Below are positions 1 through 10,005 of a stretch of 63,037 nucleotides of DNA, piece after piece. A model generated the notes under the pieces. It worked only from the letters and a program-made list of their open reading frames with translations. It searched no databases and was not told where the DNA came from. Position 1 is the first letter of the stretch, and each line of letters starts with the position of its first letter. The position numbers and the translations under genes were made by a program. Source of the stretch: Actinomycetes bacterium (GTDB taxonomy: Bacteria; Actinomycetota; Acidimicrobiia; Acidimicrobiales; Bog-793); NCBI GenBank assembly GCA_021798275.1, contig JAJZMK010000006.1, forward strand, positions 1-63,037, read 5' to 3'.

Positions 1-745
1 CTACTTGAAAAAAAGAGGGCCGTCTTTCTCCGTTGAATACGTTGTATGAGCCGTAAGCGCCGTCGATCGGTAAGGCTTGATCTTTCCTTGATATGCCTAC
101 TTTGTTCTTTCCGCTTCTTTGTTTTTGGGTTTTTGTAAGCAGCCTGTATGCTACATTGGTGATTTCATTTCCTTCGGTAAAGATCAGTTCAATTTCACTC
201 CCACTCGGCCAGTTTTTTTTAACAGGCGGGAGACATTCAAGGTTTGCTCTAGATATCAGACAATCTGTTATTGGTATAACATCATGACTGTGGCGCCTAC
301 GCATACCTAGTGACCCGTTTTTGTCGGCGATCAACCGAATCCTGTTTCTCCAGCGTAAGCCGTTGTCATCTGCAAAAGGTGGCTTTACCTTAAATTCTAC
401 ATCCATGTCCCCGATGAAATTCAGACATTGCTTGACGACTTCTTCTTTCATCTTGCGTTGGTAAGATAATTCGGCATGCTGGAAGTCGCACCCTCCACAG
501 CCAAAAGACCCGGCAAATTGGCATGGGGGAGCGACTCTGTGGGGATTTCGATCAACAATTTCCACTACTTCAGCGCGTCTGAAGTGCTTATTTACGGATG
601 TGATTTTTGCTTTTACCGTTTCGCCCGGCAAACCGTGGTTGACAAAGTAAACATTGCCGTCATTGTGACTTATACAAGCTCCGCCGTTTACAATTTTCTC
701 CAGGTGAAGCAGCACTTCATTGTCTATGTCGAGTGGTTTTTCCAA
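1..745 (-). CDS. rlmD: TRAM-domain 23S rRNA m5U methyltransferase (RlmD/RumA family), 3' end runs off the window
   Basis: Not in the ORF track. Manual minus-strand translation from TTG 745 gives ...LHLEKIVNGGACISHNDGNVYFVNHGLPGETVKAKI (TRAM domain) and PPCQFAGSFGCGGCDFQH (Fe-S motif). Confidence 0.85.
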   Translation of the reverse strand, partial: MEKPLDIDNEVLLHLEKIVNGGACISHNDGNVYFVNHGLPGETVKAKITSVNKHFRRAEVVEIVDRNPHRVAPPCQFAGSFGCGGCDFQHAELSYQRKMKEEVVKQCLNFIGDMDVEFKVKPPFADDNGLRWRNRIRLIADKNGSLGMRRRHSHDVIPITDCLISRANLECLPPVKKNWPSGSEIELIFTEGNEITNVAYRLLTKTQKQRSGKNKVGISRKDQALPIDGAYGSYNVFNGERRPSFFQV

Positions 746-761
746 GGTGTTATTGTGGTCT

Positions 762-2903
762 TTAGACAGTTTCCGTAAGTTCTTGGATGGTAAGCGCATG
801 GCCAAATAACGGACCCTCGGCTTCGTTGTAGCCTATAGAGCTGAGCAGGTTGGCTTGTGTTCTGAGTCTTACACCTGATGCTATCGTGGCGATGTCAAGA
901 CCTGCACCCAGGCTGGCAACCGCTGCGGCGATGGCGGAACTTCCCGGTTGTTCATGTATCTGTTCTGTCAGGGTGGGATCTAATTTCAATCTTGATATGG
1001 GAAGCTTTGACAACAGATTAAAGCTCGACCATCCGGCACCCACGTTTGTCAATAGAACCAAAAAGCCCATTTTGGTCAATGCCACAATACTGTTAGCCGC
1101 AGCCGGCCCGGCATCAAGAAGTGCTTGCTCGTTAATTTCAAAGCAGAATAACTCTTTTTTCAGGCCGTAGGAGTTGACAGGAGAAGCGATGGTGGAGACT
1201 ATGGCTTCATCTACGAGCATGCGGTTGGCGATCGGTATACGAATGGCGCATTTTGGTATCAAAATTTTTTTATCCATTGTCGGGGTAAGGCTGTCCGAAA
1301 CGGACTTGCAAATATTATCCAGAATGGTAGCGTATAACTCACGCCCAAGGTTTATTTCGCAAGAGAAGGGCAAAATATCGGAAAAAGAGAGCGTCGTATC
1401 TTCCGGTATGTAGGTAATAAAACTTGCTGAAGCAGCCATTATCCTGTGACTTTCAAGAGAGACAACCGGTAAGAATGTGATACGGAGCTCTTTCTTATCA
1501 ATAATTTCATTCACTAGCTTCATCTTTGCCGAGCGTCCAAACATATCCTGCTTCATGACGTCGTCATAAATTTCAAATCTGTTCCCGCCACGCTCTTTTG
1601 CTTTATAGAGAGCGGAATCAGCTTCGTCGATCATAGTTGGTCCGTCGTTGTTCCTAGATAGAGAGATACCTATACTGGCCGATACGCTTACGGACGTTTC
1701 CGTCAGCGGAACAGGCTTATAGATGGCCCGTCTGACGCGCTCGGCTATTGATAAAGACGTAGTGATATCCAGAATTCCTTCCGCCAGCATCACGAATTCG
1801 TCACCACCAAAACGGGCTATGGTATCTCCGGGGCGCGTCACCTCTTTTAGTCTTTCGGCAACCGCTATGATAAGTTTATCGCCGGCGGTGTGTCCGTAGG
1901 TATCGTTAACTTTCTTAAAGCCATCTATATCGAGGTAGTAAAGAGCGATCGGGACTCCGGACCTTTTGGCTCTGGCAATAGCTATCTCCAAGTGGTCAAG
2001 CAATAGGGCGCGGTTGGCAAGTCCGGTGAGAGCGTCATGCGTGGCTTGGTAAGCCAGACTGGCATTTTCCTGTATCCTGGTGGTTACATCTCTGGCGTTG
2101 CCGACGATACCTTGGACTGCCGGATCTTCAAGATGATTGGAGGCTACAATCTCCAAGTGTCGCCAAGAGTTATCCCAAGCTCTGAGGCGTATGGAAATTT
2201 CCACCACGCTACCCAAGTTTTCCTGGAGGTACTGAACTTTCTCGGCGTTGGCCTCCAAATCCTCAGGGTGAATGTAATCCCTGAGGTAAGTGCCTATGGC
2301 GTCTTTTTCCGCCACGCCGGTTATTTCAAAGAAAGCCGGGCTGGCGTATTTGATGCGGCCTTCATTGTCACTCAAGGTAATCATATCCCCGGACCTTGCC
2401 ATAAGAGCAGAAAACCTATCAAAAGCCGCCTGTAGCTGATTATTGTGTTCCTGGAGATCGGTGATATCCATAAAAGTAGCTATGACACCGACTTCTTGTG
2501 CCGAGAGCCTTATTGGCTTTGTATTGGCAATCGTCCATAATCGCTTGAACTTGCCATCGGCGGAGGGAACATCTATACCGATGGTAATGCGATTCATCGC
2601 CTCTCCCGTGGAGAGGGTTTTGAGTATGGGACTGTCTTCTTTCTCCCAGGCTGTGCCGTCTAAGTGATAAGTGGCGGAAATGTGCTCCAAAGCATTGACG
2701 CCGACGATGTTCTCTTGATCGGCATTGAGCATATTGCAGGCGGCTTGATTGACAGCTATTATGCGACCCGTGTGGTCGTGGATTATAACGCCATGCTCAA
2801 GACCTTCTATGACCGCACGATAATCTACTTCATCAGTGCGTATTTCATCAGTGCGGATTTCATCAGAGCGTGTAGCTCCCGATTTTTCTTTTGCTGTTAT
2901 CAT
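762..2903 (-). CDS. PAS-PAS-GGDEF diguanylate cyclase with degenerate EAL domain
   Basis: Two PAS domains, HDALTGLANR, DIDGFKKVNDTYGH and RFGGDEF. The C-terminal EAL-like region lacks the EAL and DDFGTG motifs. Start set at ATG 2903 to avoid overlap with the upstream gene. Confidence 0.9.
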   Translation of the reverse strand: MITAKEKSGATRSDEIRTDEIRTDEVDYRAVIEGLEHGVIIHDHTGRIIAVNQAACNMLNADQENIVGVNALEHISATYHLDGTAWEKEDSPILKTLSTGEAMNRITIGIDVPSADGKFKRLWTIANTKPIRLSAQEVGVIATFMDITDLQEHNNQLQAAFDRFSALMARSGDMITLSDNEGRIKYASPAFFEITGVAEKDAIGTYLRDYIHPEDLEANAEKVQYLQENLGSVVEISIRLRAWDNSWRHLEIVASNHLEDPAVQGIVGNARDVTTRIQENASLAYQATHDALTGLANRALLLDHLEIAIARAKRSGVPIALYYLDIDGFKKVNDTYGHTAGDKLIIAVAERLKEVTRPGDTIARFGGDEFVMLAEGILDITTSLSIAERVRRAIYKPVPLTETSVSVSASIGISLSRNNDGPTMIDEADSALYKAKERGGNRFEIYDDVMKQDMFGRSAKMKLVNEIIDKKELRITFLPVVSLESHRIMAASASFITYIPEDTTLSFSDILPFSCEINLGRELYATILDNICKSVSDSLTPTMDKKILIPKCAIRIPIANRMLVDEAIVSTIASPVNSYGLKKELFCFEINEQALLDAGPAAANSIVALTKMGFLVLLTNVGAGWSSFNLLSKLPISRLKLDPTLTEQIHEQPGSSAIAAAVASLGAGLDIATIASGVRLRTQANLLSSIGYNEAEGPLFGHALTIQELTETV
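2829..2870 (-). repeat. 15-bp tandem repeat (~2.8 copies) encoding RSDEIRTDEIRTDE
   Basis: ttcatcagtgcgtat / ttcatcagtgcggat / ttcatcagagcg. Confidence 0.8.
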
Positions 2904-2928
2904 ATCGATGTTCAGATACCTCTGCTGC

Positions 2929-3537
2929 TTATTCCCCGGAGTCGTCGTCTTCAACTTGATAAAAAGGTAAATCAAGGTCAGCCAGCCTGACAAGCCCCGA
3001 GGCTATCAAACCCGCCAACATCATAACCTGATTTTCCAATCGGTCTCTTCCTTCAAGGGCAGTCTCCTCTAATCTCAGTACCGATTGGAGTGAAATTTCA
3101 ATAGCCGCTTGCGATGTAGCTTTATTAGAACTGTACACCTCTTCAGAGCGCGGGTCTGTGAATTCTAAAATTTCTTCACCCATGGTGGCCGTCAAGCCAT
3201 CCAGTGCGGAAAGTATCAATTTGGGATTTGGTAGTTCCCTTAATCTCTGCAATCTCAAAGTGACTTCAAGAGCAATTTCAATGGTCTCCGTGGAAGGCTC
3301 TCCTATGGTCCACGAGCGATAAGCGCTTTGGCTCCATGTCGGCCACTCTAACGTTATATCGGCGCGCACCCTAGGCGGAGATTGTTCGCCGGGAAGACTG
3401 TAAGAGGTTTCAAAAGAAAGGTCTCCCGATAAAATATCGGACAAAAGTCTTTCCTCAATTTGCTGTGGTTCCAGAAGGCTTTGCTCTAAAGCAGACTTCA
3501 GTTGATAGATTACTCTGAGAAAAATATGATCAAACAT
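2929..3537 (-). CDS. Hypothetical protein
   Basis: 202-aa ORF with protein-like composition, co-oriented with the DGC gene. Confidence 0.75.
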   Translation of the reverse strand: MFDHIFLRVIYQLKSALEQSLLEPQQIEERLLSDILSGDLSFETSYSLPGEQSPPRVRADITLEWPTWSQSAYRSWTIGEPSTETIEIALEVTLRLQRLRELPNPKLILSALDGLTATMGEEILEFTDPRSEEVYSSNKATSQAAIEISLQSVLRLEETALEGRDRLENQVMMLAGLIASGLVRLADLDLPFYQVEDDDSGE

Positions 3538-3562
3538 TTATATATTACGCTAATCAAATTTT

Positions 3563-4555
3563 ATGGATCCGGTATCGATAAATTGTACTTTTCTGATAAC
3601 CGATATTTTTTATATTAACAACTTAATGCAAAAGGATTACTTCTCCTGTATTCTTCGAACAAAGACTATGGTGTCCAGATCGCGGGGTCAGATGTTGACG
3701 GAAACAACAAATACATGGCTCAAGAGGGGATTCTTGCTGTATGCGCATCAGGGAGGTGCTTTGGATGCGCCGGCAAGTACGCTATTTGCTATGGAACAGG
3801 CTCTTCAAAGCGGGGCCAACGGTATTGAATTAGACGTCCACCGCACCAGAGACGGCGTGTTGGTGGTCAGCCATGATCCGGTTGTGGATACCACGACGAA
3901 CGGCAGCGGAGCCATAGCGGATCTGGATTATGAATATATATCACGATTGAATAACGCTTATTATTTTACAGAAGAGACGCCTTCTTCTCCGGAATCATAT
4001 CCTTATAGGGATATTGGGGCAAATAATCCCAAGTTTTCCGTGGCGCGCCTTGAAGAAGTGCTTTCCTGCTTTCCTGATGTGGTGTTAAATCTTGATATCA
4101 AACAGACATTTCCGGCTGTAACACCTTACGAAGAGCAGTTGGCTTTAATGTTGCGACACTACGGGCGCCAAGAGAATACGATAGTGGCATCTTTCCACGA
4201 CAAGGCCATAGAGAGATTCTCGGAAGTAGCTCCCGAGTTCGCCACTGCCCCCGGAGCTGCGGAGATGGCTATGTACGGTAAAGCGTTTTTTGGCGGCACG
4301 GCCATCAGTAAATCGATTACCCGTCATGTTGCCCTACAAGTTCCGGCCAAAGTGGGAAGCATGGATATCATAAGCAAAAGCTTTGTGGAAACAGCCCATG
4401 AACTCGGATTGGCTATTCATGTCTGGACGATTAACGACGAAAAAACCGCTTTGGAGCTGTTGGATACCAAAGTAGATGCCATAATGACGGACAGGCCAAA
4501 AGCATTAGCCAATATTGACAAACTGAAATCACTGCTGGATACCTCTTCTAGATGA
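3563..4555 (+). CDS. Glycerophosphodiester phosphodiesterase (GDPD/UgpQ family)
   Basis: AHQGG, IELDVHRTRDGVLVVSHD, LNLDIK, HVWTIND and IMTDRP motifs. True start is probably ATG 3668 or 3692. Confidence 0.9.
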   Translation: MDPVSINCTFLITDIFYINNLMQKDYFSCILRTKTMVSRSRGQMLTETTNTWLKRGFLLYAHQGGALDAPASTLFAMEQALQSGANGIELDVHRTRDGVLVVSHDPVVDTTTNGSGAIADLDYEYISRLNNAYYFTEETPSSPESYPYRDIGANNPKFSVARLEEVLSCFPDVVLNLDIKQTFPAVTPYEEQLALMLRHYGRQENTIVASFHDKAIERFSEVAPEFATAPGAAEMAMYGKAFFGGTAISKSITRHVALQVPAKVGSMDIISKSFVETAHELGLAIHVWTINDEKTALELLDTKVDAIMTDRPKALANIDKLKSLLDTSSR

Positions 4556-4678
4556 GGTAGAAACGACAAAAGAATATTTTATGGACGTGATCAGTAATTT
4601 CAGGTACAACTCACCATAGTGGTTTGTAGCACTATTTGGCGTAACTATATATGCATTACCTCACTGTATTGATAAATA

Positions 4679-4762
4679 TCAACCGCGACCACAGTTTGGT
4701 TTTTTACCGTGATTAGCGCTTTTCTTTTTTCTGAGTTTTCTCTTGTTTGTTCTTTTTGACAT
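4679..4762 (-). CDS. 50S ribosomal protein bL37 (actinobacterial), 27 aa
   Basis: Manual translation MSKRTNKRKLRKKKSANHGKKPNCGRG carries the bL37 ANHGK[KR]PN signature. TATCAT -10 box lies 6 nt before the ATG (leaderless). Confidence 0.85.
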   Translation of the reverse strand: MSKRTNKRKLRKKKSANHGKKPNCGRG

Positions 4763-4937
4763 AGCTCTATGATACTACTCGATAAACTCAAGTGAATTTA
4801 TCACTTTGTGACATTGTCCAAAAGATTATCAAAAGTAACTTTGCCTGGCTACAAGATAGTCTTGTAGCTGGATATATGGTAGTCTACTGCTAAGGTATTA
4901 GACGAAGTAGATGAGGCTGTAAGCGGAGGCTTCCCAA

Positions 4938-5282
4938 TTGTCCTGGCTGATATACAACGGACAAGTTATTGCCAGTATCGAAGAGAGAAAACGCGGCTTT
5001 TATGAGGTTTTCCAGAGTTGCGGTAGGAAGTTGACAGGTGTAAATGGCGTCATCATGACAGGATCGGTGTTTCTGCTTCATAATATCGGATCCTCACTGG
5101 AGGTAGACATCATAGTTCTGGACGAACAATTTTCTGTCAAAAAATTGAAATTCTTAAAAGGTAATAGATTTGCTTTTGTCGGTAAAAAATCCAAATACGT
5201 CCTGCTGGGATCCAAAAAATCATTGGCGAAATATAATATTCAAGTGGGGGACATTTTAAAAATTGTCTCTGAAGGTTTTTGA
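4938..5282 (+). CDS. Divergent DUF192-like protein
   Basis: H-x-x-G-x4-D-I-I-V-L-D core and GD-x-L C-terminus resemble DUF192. GGAGG SD upstream of TTG. Confidence 0.55.
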   Translation: MSWLIYNGQVIASIEERKRGFYEVFQSCGRKLTGVNGVIMTGSVFLLHNIGSSLEVDIIVLDEQFSVKKLKFLKGNRFAFVGKKSKYVLLGSKKSLAKYNIQVGDILKIVSEGF

Positions 5283-5399
5283 GATAGCTGCCTTTCGGAT
5301 AAAAGGCCGGTACGGTCTTTTCTGGCTGCAACAAAACTCCGTTGTGTTATATAAGCGTAAAGTCTTACCGGCATCTCGTAAAGGTATAGGATATCTCCG

Positions 5400-6248
5400 G
5401 TGATCGGTACCCTTTATATCGTGTCAACCCCTATAGGCAATTTGCAAGATATGACAGAAAGAGCGCGCAAGGTATTGGCTGATTGCGACGTCGTCTGCTG
5501 TGAAGATACAAGACATTCAGGGATGCTATTAAAAAAGTTGGGTATCAACGCTAAAAAGCTGCTTTCCGTACATAAATTGAATGAAGCTTCCAAGGCCGAC
5601 GTAATCGTTGAGATGCTGTTAAAAGGATCCGACATAGCTTTGATCTCCGATGCGGGAACCCCTTTGATATCAGATCCCGGAGAGAGGGTTGTGCAAAGCG
5701 CAGTTAGTGCCGGGATAGAGGTGGTAGCCATTCCGGGGGCATCGTCGGTATTGGCGGCGTTGGTGGTAAGCGGATTTGAACTTGATCGGTGGAGTTTTGA
5801 GGGTTTTTTGGAGCGAAAAGGCCCGGAGCGTAAAGCCCAGTTATCAAGGCTTAAATTCAGTACCGGCGTTACACTGTTCTTTGAATCTCCCAATAGAATA
5901 GCTAAGTCAGCGTTTGAATTGGCAGGCTATTGCGAACCGGAACGACGGATTGTGATAGCCAGAGAGCTGACGAAAATGCACGAAGAAATTTGGCGGGGAA
6001 CTGTTATGGATATTTCCGAGCGCTTTATCGCCAAAGTTCCAACCAAAGGTGAAATTATTTTAGTGGTCGATAAATTTCATGGGAAGATCTCAGATCCCTA
6101 TGGTTTCGGGAACACTTTGTCCATGTTAGAAAAACTTTTCCGTTCCGGATATAGCCGTCACGATGCCTTGGCCATCGTTACGTTATTGACAGAGAGAGGG
6201 CATAAGGAAGCTTACGATATCTCGTTAGACATCTGGAATAACAGATAA
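5400..6248 (+). CDS. rsmI: 16S rRNA (C1402-2'-O)-methyltransferase
   Basis: LYIVSTPIGNL, CEDTR, SDAGTPLISDPG, FESPNRI and ARELTKMHEE motifs; adjacent to metG. Confidence 0.95.
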   Translation: MIGTLYIVSTPIGNLQDMTERARKVLADCDVVCCEDTRHSGMLLKKLGINAKKLLSVHKLNEASKADVIVEMLLKGSDIALISDAGTPLISDPGERVVQSAVSAGIEVVAIPGASSVLAALVVSGFELDRWSFEGFLERKGPERKAQLSRLKFSTGVTLFFESPNRIAKSAFELAGYCEPERRIVIARELTKMHEEIWRGTVMDISERFIAKVPTKGEIILVVDKFHGKISDPYGFGNTLSMLEKLFRSGYSRHDALAIVTLLTERGHKEAYDISLDIWNNR

Positions 6249-6297
6249 TTTTAAATTTATGGACGCAAGTGGTCAATCTGGTAATACACTCGCCATA

Positions 6298-7866
6298 GTG
6301 AGTAAGCATTTTTATATAACTACGCCAATCTATTATGTCAACGATAGACCGCACTTAGGCACGGCATACACGATGGTGATAGCCGATGCTTTGGCCCGCT
6401 GGCATAGATTGATAGGCGATGACGTATTTTTCTTAACAGGAACCGACGAGCACGGACAAAAGATCGCCAATGCGGCTGCGGAAAAATCACTTTCTCCGCA
6501 GGCATGGGTAGATGAGGCTAGCCTCTGGTTTAAAGACGCTTGGAAAGCGCTGAACATCTCCAACGACGTGTTTATAAGAACCACAGAGGAGCGCCACCAC
6601 AAAGCGGTTCATCAATTTATGCAAAATATTTTTGATAACGGCTACATATATAAAGGCAATTATCAAGGATGGTATTGCGTAGCATGTGAAGCTTATTATC
6701 AGGAAGAGGAATTGCTCCCAGGCCAGCTATGTCCTCAGCACCTCAAAGATGTGAAGTGGATGGTAGAGGAGAATTACTTCTTTGCTCTATCGAAATTTGA
6801 GGACCGTTTACTGCAATTATATGCAGATCGCCAAGATATGATCACACCTCCTTCTAGGTATAACGAGATCGTATCTCAGTTGCGACAAGGGCTTCGTGAC
6901 ATATCGATTACGCGAACATCGATTGATTGGGGCGTCAAAGTACCTTGGGATAAAGACCATGTATTTTATGTCTGGTGTGACGCTCTGGTCAATTATCTTA
7001 CAGCCATAGGTTATCCAAAAGACCAAGATCAAATGGACACCTGGTGGCCCAATGTCCATCACCTGGTAGGTAAAGACATAATTAAATTTCACTGTATTTG
7101 GTGGCCAGCTCTTTGTATGGCGGCAGGTTTGAATCCACCCAATCATATTCTTGCGCATGGATGGCTACTTGTTTCTGGTGAAAAAATGTCTAAATCCCGT
7201 CTAAATCAAATTGATGCCGCCCGTTACGGAGAGCACGTTGGGGTGGAACCTTTGCGCTATCATTTGTTGCGTGAGATACCGCTTGGAGCTGACTCCGACT
7301 TTTCAGAAGAAGGGCTGATATCTCGCTACAATTCCGATTTGGCCAATAATTTAGGGAACCTACTGGCCAGGGTTGTTACGCTAGTACAAAATAAGTACTC
7401 CGGCGTAATACCAGATAACGACGTATGTAACCCCACTTGTGAGATGAAAGCTATTATTAATGCCACCGCCAGAGATGCGGCTTTGGCTTGGAATAACTTT
7501 ACGCCCGATCAGGCTTTGACGCACACCTGGAATCTTATCCGTGAGGTGAACTCTCTTTTGGAGTCCAACGAACCGTGGAAAATGTCTCCCGGTGAGAAAC
7601 TCGGACATATTTTAACGGATGCTTTGGAGGCTTTACAACTCATAGCGGTAATGTCGTATCCGGCCATACCTGAATCTGCAAATGAAATATGGCGCAGATT
7701 GGCTCTGCCCGGTGACATCGAAAACGCAATTACTAATGTGCCGGCGCTACTTGCCATGTTGACAGAAGAAAGCATAGGCGAGACATATGCAGTTGTGAAT
7801 TATAAAATAGCTGGCAATCAAGTAGTTTTGGGTCCCGCCCTTTTCCCCAGGCGTAAAGCCGGATGA
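6298..7866 (+). CDS. metG: Methionine--tRNA ligase
   Basis: FYITTPIYYVN..PHLG, TGTDEHGQK, CxxC knuckle, KMSKS. Probable GTG start at 6298 (ORF track starts at 6259). Confidence 0.97.
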   Translation: MSKHFYITTPIYYVNDRPHLGTAYTMVIADALARWHRLIGDDVFFLTGTDEHGQKIANAAAEKSLSPQAWVDEASLWFKDAWKALNISNDVFIRTTEERHHKAVHQFMQNIFDNGYIYKGNYQGWYCVACEAYYQEEELLPGQLCPQHLKDVKWMVEENYFFALSKFEDRLLQLYADRQDMITPPSRYNEIVSQLRQGLRDISITRTSIDWGVKVPWDKDHVFYVWCDALVNYLTAIGYPKDQDQMDTWWPNVHHLVGKDIIKFHCIWWPALCMAAGLNPPNHILAHGWLLVSGEKMSKSRLNQIDAARYGEHVGVEPLRYHLLREIPLGADSDFSEEGLISRYNSDLANNLGNLLARVVTLVQNKYSGVIPDNDVCNPTCEMKAIINATARDAALAWNNFTPDQALTHTWNLIREVNSLLESNEPWKMSPGEKLGHILTDALEALQLIAVMSYPAIPESANEIWRRLALPGDIENAITNVPALLAMLTEESIGETYAVVNYKIAGNQVVLGPALFPRRKAG

Positions 7867-8026
7867 CGAAAAAAGAATTGCTGTTTGCGATACAAAGTCC
7901 ATATATTTTATGTGTCATCTGCCGCCGTAAAAGCCCGCTAATGTGGGAAAATATACAAGCTTGCAAATTCATAAGTGATTCGTTGAATCTTTTTGGACGA
8001 GAAGAGATAATAGGTGTGATAACCAA

Positions 8027-8923
8027 GTGAGTTGGATAGATACCCATTGCCATCTGGAAGATTCTATAGAACTTGCCGCTATATTGGCGCAAGCTACTTT
8101 AGCCAATGTCAAGAGCATGATAACGGTTGGCACCGATATAGGTTCTTCCTTGCAGACCGTAAGTCTGGCATCGGCTATAGCAACCGCTAAAGAAAGCGGA
8201 ATGGATTTGCGGCAATTCGTCAAAAAGCGCTTTCAAGACGCCAGCGCGGCCGACATTCTGCTGTCAAAGAGCCCTTACGATGAAAACGATATCTTGGATC
8301 TACCTGACATATGGGCCGTTGTGGGGGTTCATCCACATGAAGCCAAAAATGGCGTTGCTCCTCTTTACGATATTGTCGGAGGCCTGGATGAGTCTGGCAA
8401 AGGCCATACTGGTTCCGTGGTGGCAATCGGTGAATGCGGACTTGACTATTACTATGGAAATTCTCCGGTAGAGGATCAAAAGAGAGCATTTACGGAGCAA
8501 ATCTTACTTGCTCACCGATTGGATCTGTCGCTGGTGATACACACCCGAGATGCTTGGCAAGATACGTTTGAAATTCTAAGTGAACACAAATTGCCGACCA
8601 ATACTATAATTCATTGCTTTACCGGAACCGTGTCGGAAGCACGAAGGCTGATAGACATGGGGGCTTATATCTCATTTAGCGGTATAGTCACCTTTAAAAA
8701 CGCTTTGGATATACAGGATGCGGCAAAGTTTTGTCCCATGGACAGGATCTTGGTGGAAACAGATTCTCCATACCTAACCCCCGTTCCTCATAGAGGCATT
8801 AAAAATCAGCCCGGCTTTGTCGGTCTCGTGGGAGCTAAAATAGCCGAGATAAAAGGTATAGGCGTAGATCAAGTGGCCGAGCAAACACTAAACAACGCTA
8901 GGCAAGCCTTTTCCTTGCTCTAA
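8027..8923 (+). CDS. tatD: TatD family nuclease
   Basis: DTHCHL, GVHPH, IGECGLDY, IHTR, HCFTG and ETDSPY motifs; usual position after metG. Confidence 0.93.
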   Translation: MSWIDTHCHLEDSIELAAILAQATLANVKSMITVGTDIGSSLQTVSLASAIATAKESGMDLRQFVKKRFQDASAADILLSKSPYDENDILDLPDIWAVVGVHPHEAKNGVAPLYDIVGGLDESGKGHTGSVVAIGECGLDYYYGNSPVEDQKRAFTEQILLAHRLDLSLVIHTRDAWQDTFEILSEHKLPTNTIIHCFTGTVSEARRLIDMGAYISFSGIVTFKNALDIQDAAKFCPMDRILVETDSPYLTPVPHRGIKNQPGFVGLVGAKIAEIKGIGVDQVAEQTLNNARQAFSLL

Positions 8924-9044
8924 CCTTGCTCTTTCGCCATGTCTTGTTGCGGTCTGTCCTAAGAGCGAACAGAGTATGTAAAGCTTAGAAAGCGATAAAA
9001 CTACCTTCTTGAGGGTACTCGTTTTTAGCTATCTGCTCCACACC

Positions 9045-9785
9045 CTATTCCAATCCTGTTTTACCGATAGGGGTAGACTGCGTAGGTAGTGTAATTTTTA
9101 CAATAGAATTCCACTTTGTGAAAGTAACATCGGCATATCCGTTTTTTCCTTGTGAGAGGGTAGCTTTTAGCGGCAGATGATTTTTGGTAACAGAGGTGTA
9201 TAAGATCTCAGTTTCACTAAGTCCGCCTTGTGATTGTGGATGCCCCACGATCCCCAGCACTTTTTTACCGTTGAGCTTTGGATTTTTCAAATAAGTCACT
9301 TTACCAGGTATTTTTATCTGCTGCATTTGTCCTGAAATAGTGAGCGATGCAGTTAAATTGATATACGCGACATCAGTTTTGGGAATAAAAATCCACTTAT
9401 TACCGTATTTCTCCGCTCCGGCTTTCTTGAAACCAAAGAAAGAGATCAGTGTCAGAGAATTGGCTTTTAAGTAAAGCCTACCGTTTTGGTAAACCTCTTG
9501 GGATGCACCCTTTATTTTACCGTCTCTGTATGTTGAGTACACGTATCCCTTGTCTATACCGGCGCTACCGCTTTGCGATATGGTCGCTTGTCCCAAATGA
9601 TCATAATTTGTAAAATGTACCGATCGCATGTCGCTGCCTGATTTAACGGCAATACTCAACAGTTGGGATGGTTTTAGTGGTCGCCTCTGAGAGCGAGTAG
9701 CGGCTCCGGCAGGTAAAGATAGCAGCGATAGAGATGTGGCTCCCGACAAGAGAGATGCGGTAAGTATTTTAAGCGTATTTTTCAT
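9045..9785 (-). CDS. Secreted basic beta-rich hypothetical protein (LppX/LprA/LolA-like fold possible)
   Basis: Signal peptide MKNTLKILTASLL...PAGA and a C-terminal TFTKWN..VKITLP resembling LppX/LprAFG-type ends. Confidence 0.6.
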   Translation of the reverse strand: MKNTLKILTASLLSGATSLSLLSLPAGAATRSQRRPLKPSQLLSIAVKSGSDMRSVHFTNYDHLGQATISQSGSAGIDKGYVYSTYRDGKIKGASQEVYQNGRLYLKANSLTLISFFGFKKAGAEKYGNKWIFIPKTDVAYINLTASLTISGQMQQIKIPGKVTYLKNPKLNGKKVLGIVGHPQSQGGLSETEILYTSVTKNHLPLKATLSQGKNGYADVTFTKWNSIVKITLPTQSTPIGKTGLE

Positions 9786-10005
9786 AGATCCCCAACCAAT
9801 CCTTCTGTCGACAAAGCTATAAGAAGCAAAACAAAATTGTTTCTCGACCACTCAAGAATAATATAAGCATTCTTGTCTTTACAAAAATAAAGGTAGAAAT
9901 TATTTAGGATATTTTTAGCGGCTTGTTATGTAAAAATCCAGATCTTTGCTTATTCTTGTTTCTGTCGGTAATGAATTGTTTTACGCCAGTAAAAGTAAAT
10001 TTTAA

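Noticed and set aside
93-778. Plus-strand ORFs 93-287, 119-310 and 476-778
   Set aside because: Antisense shadows of the rlmD gene.
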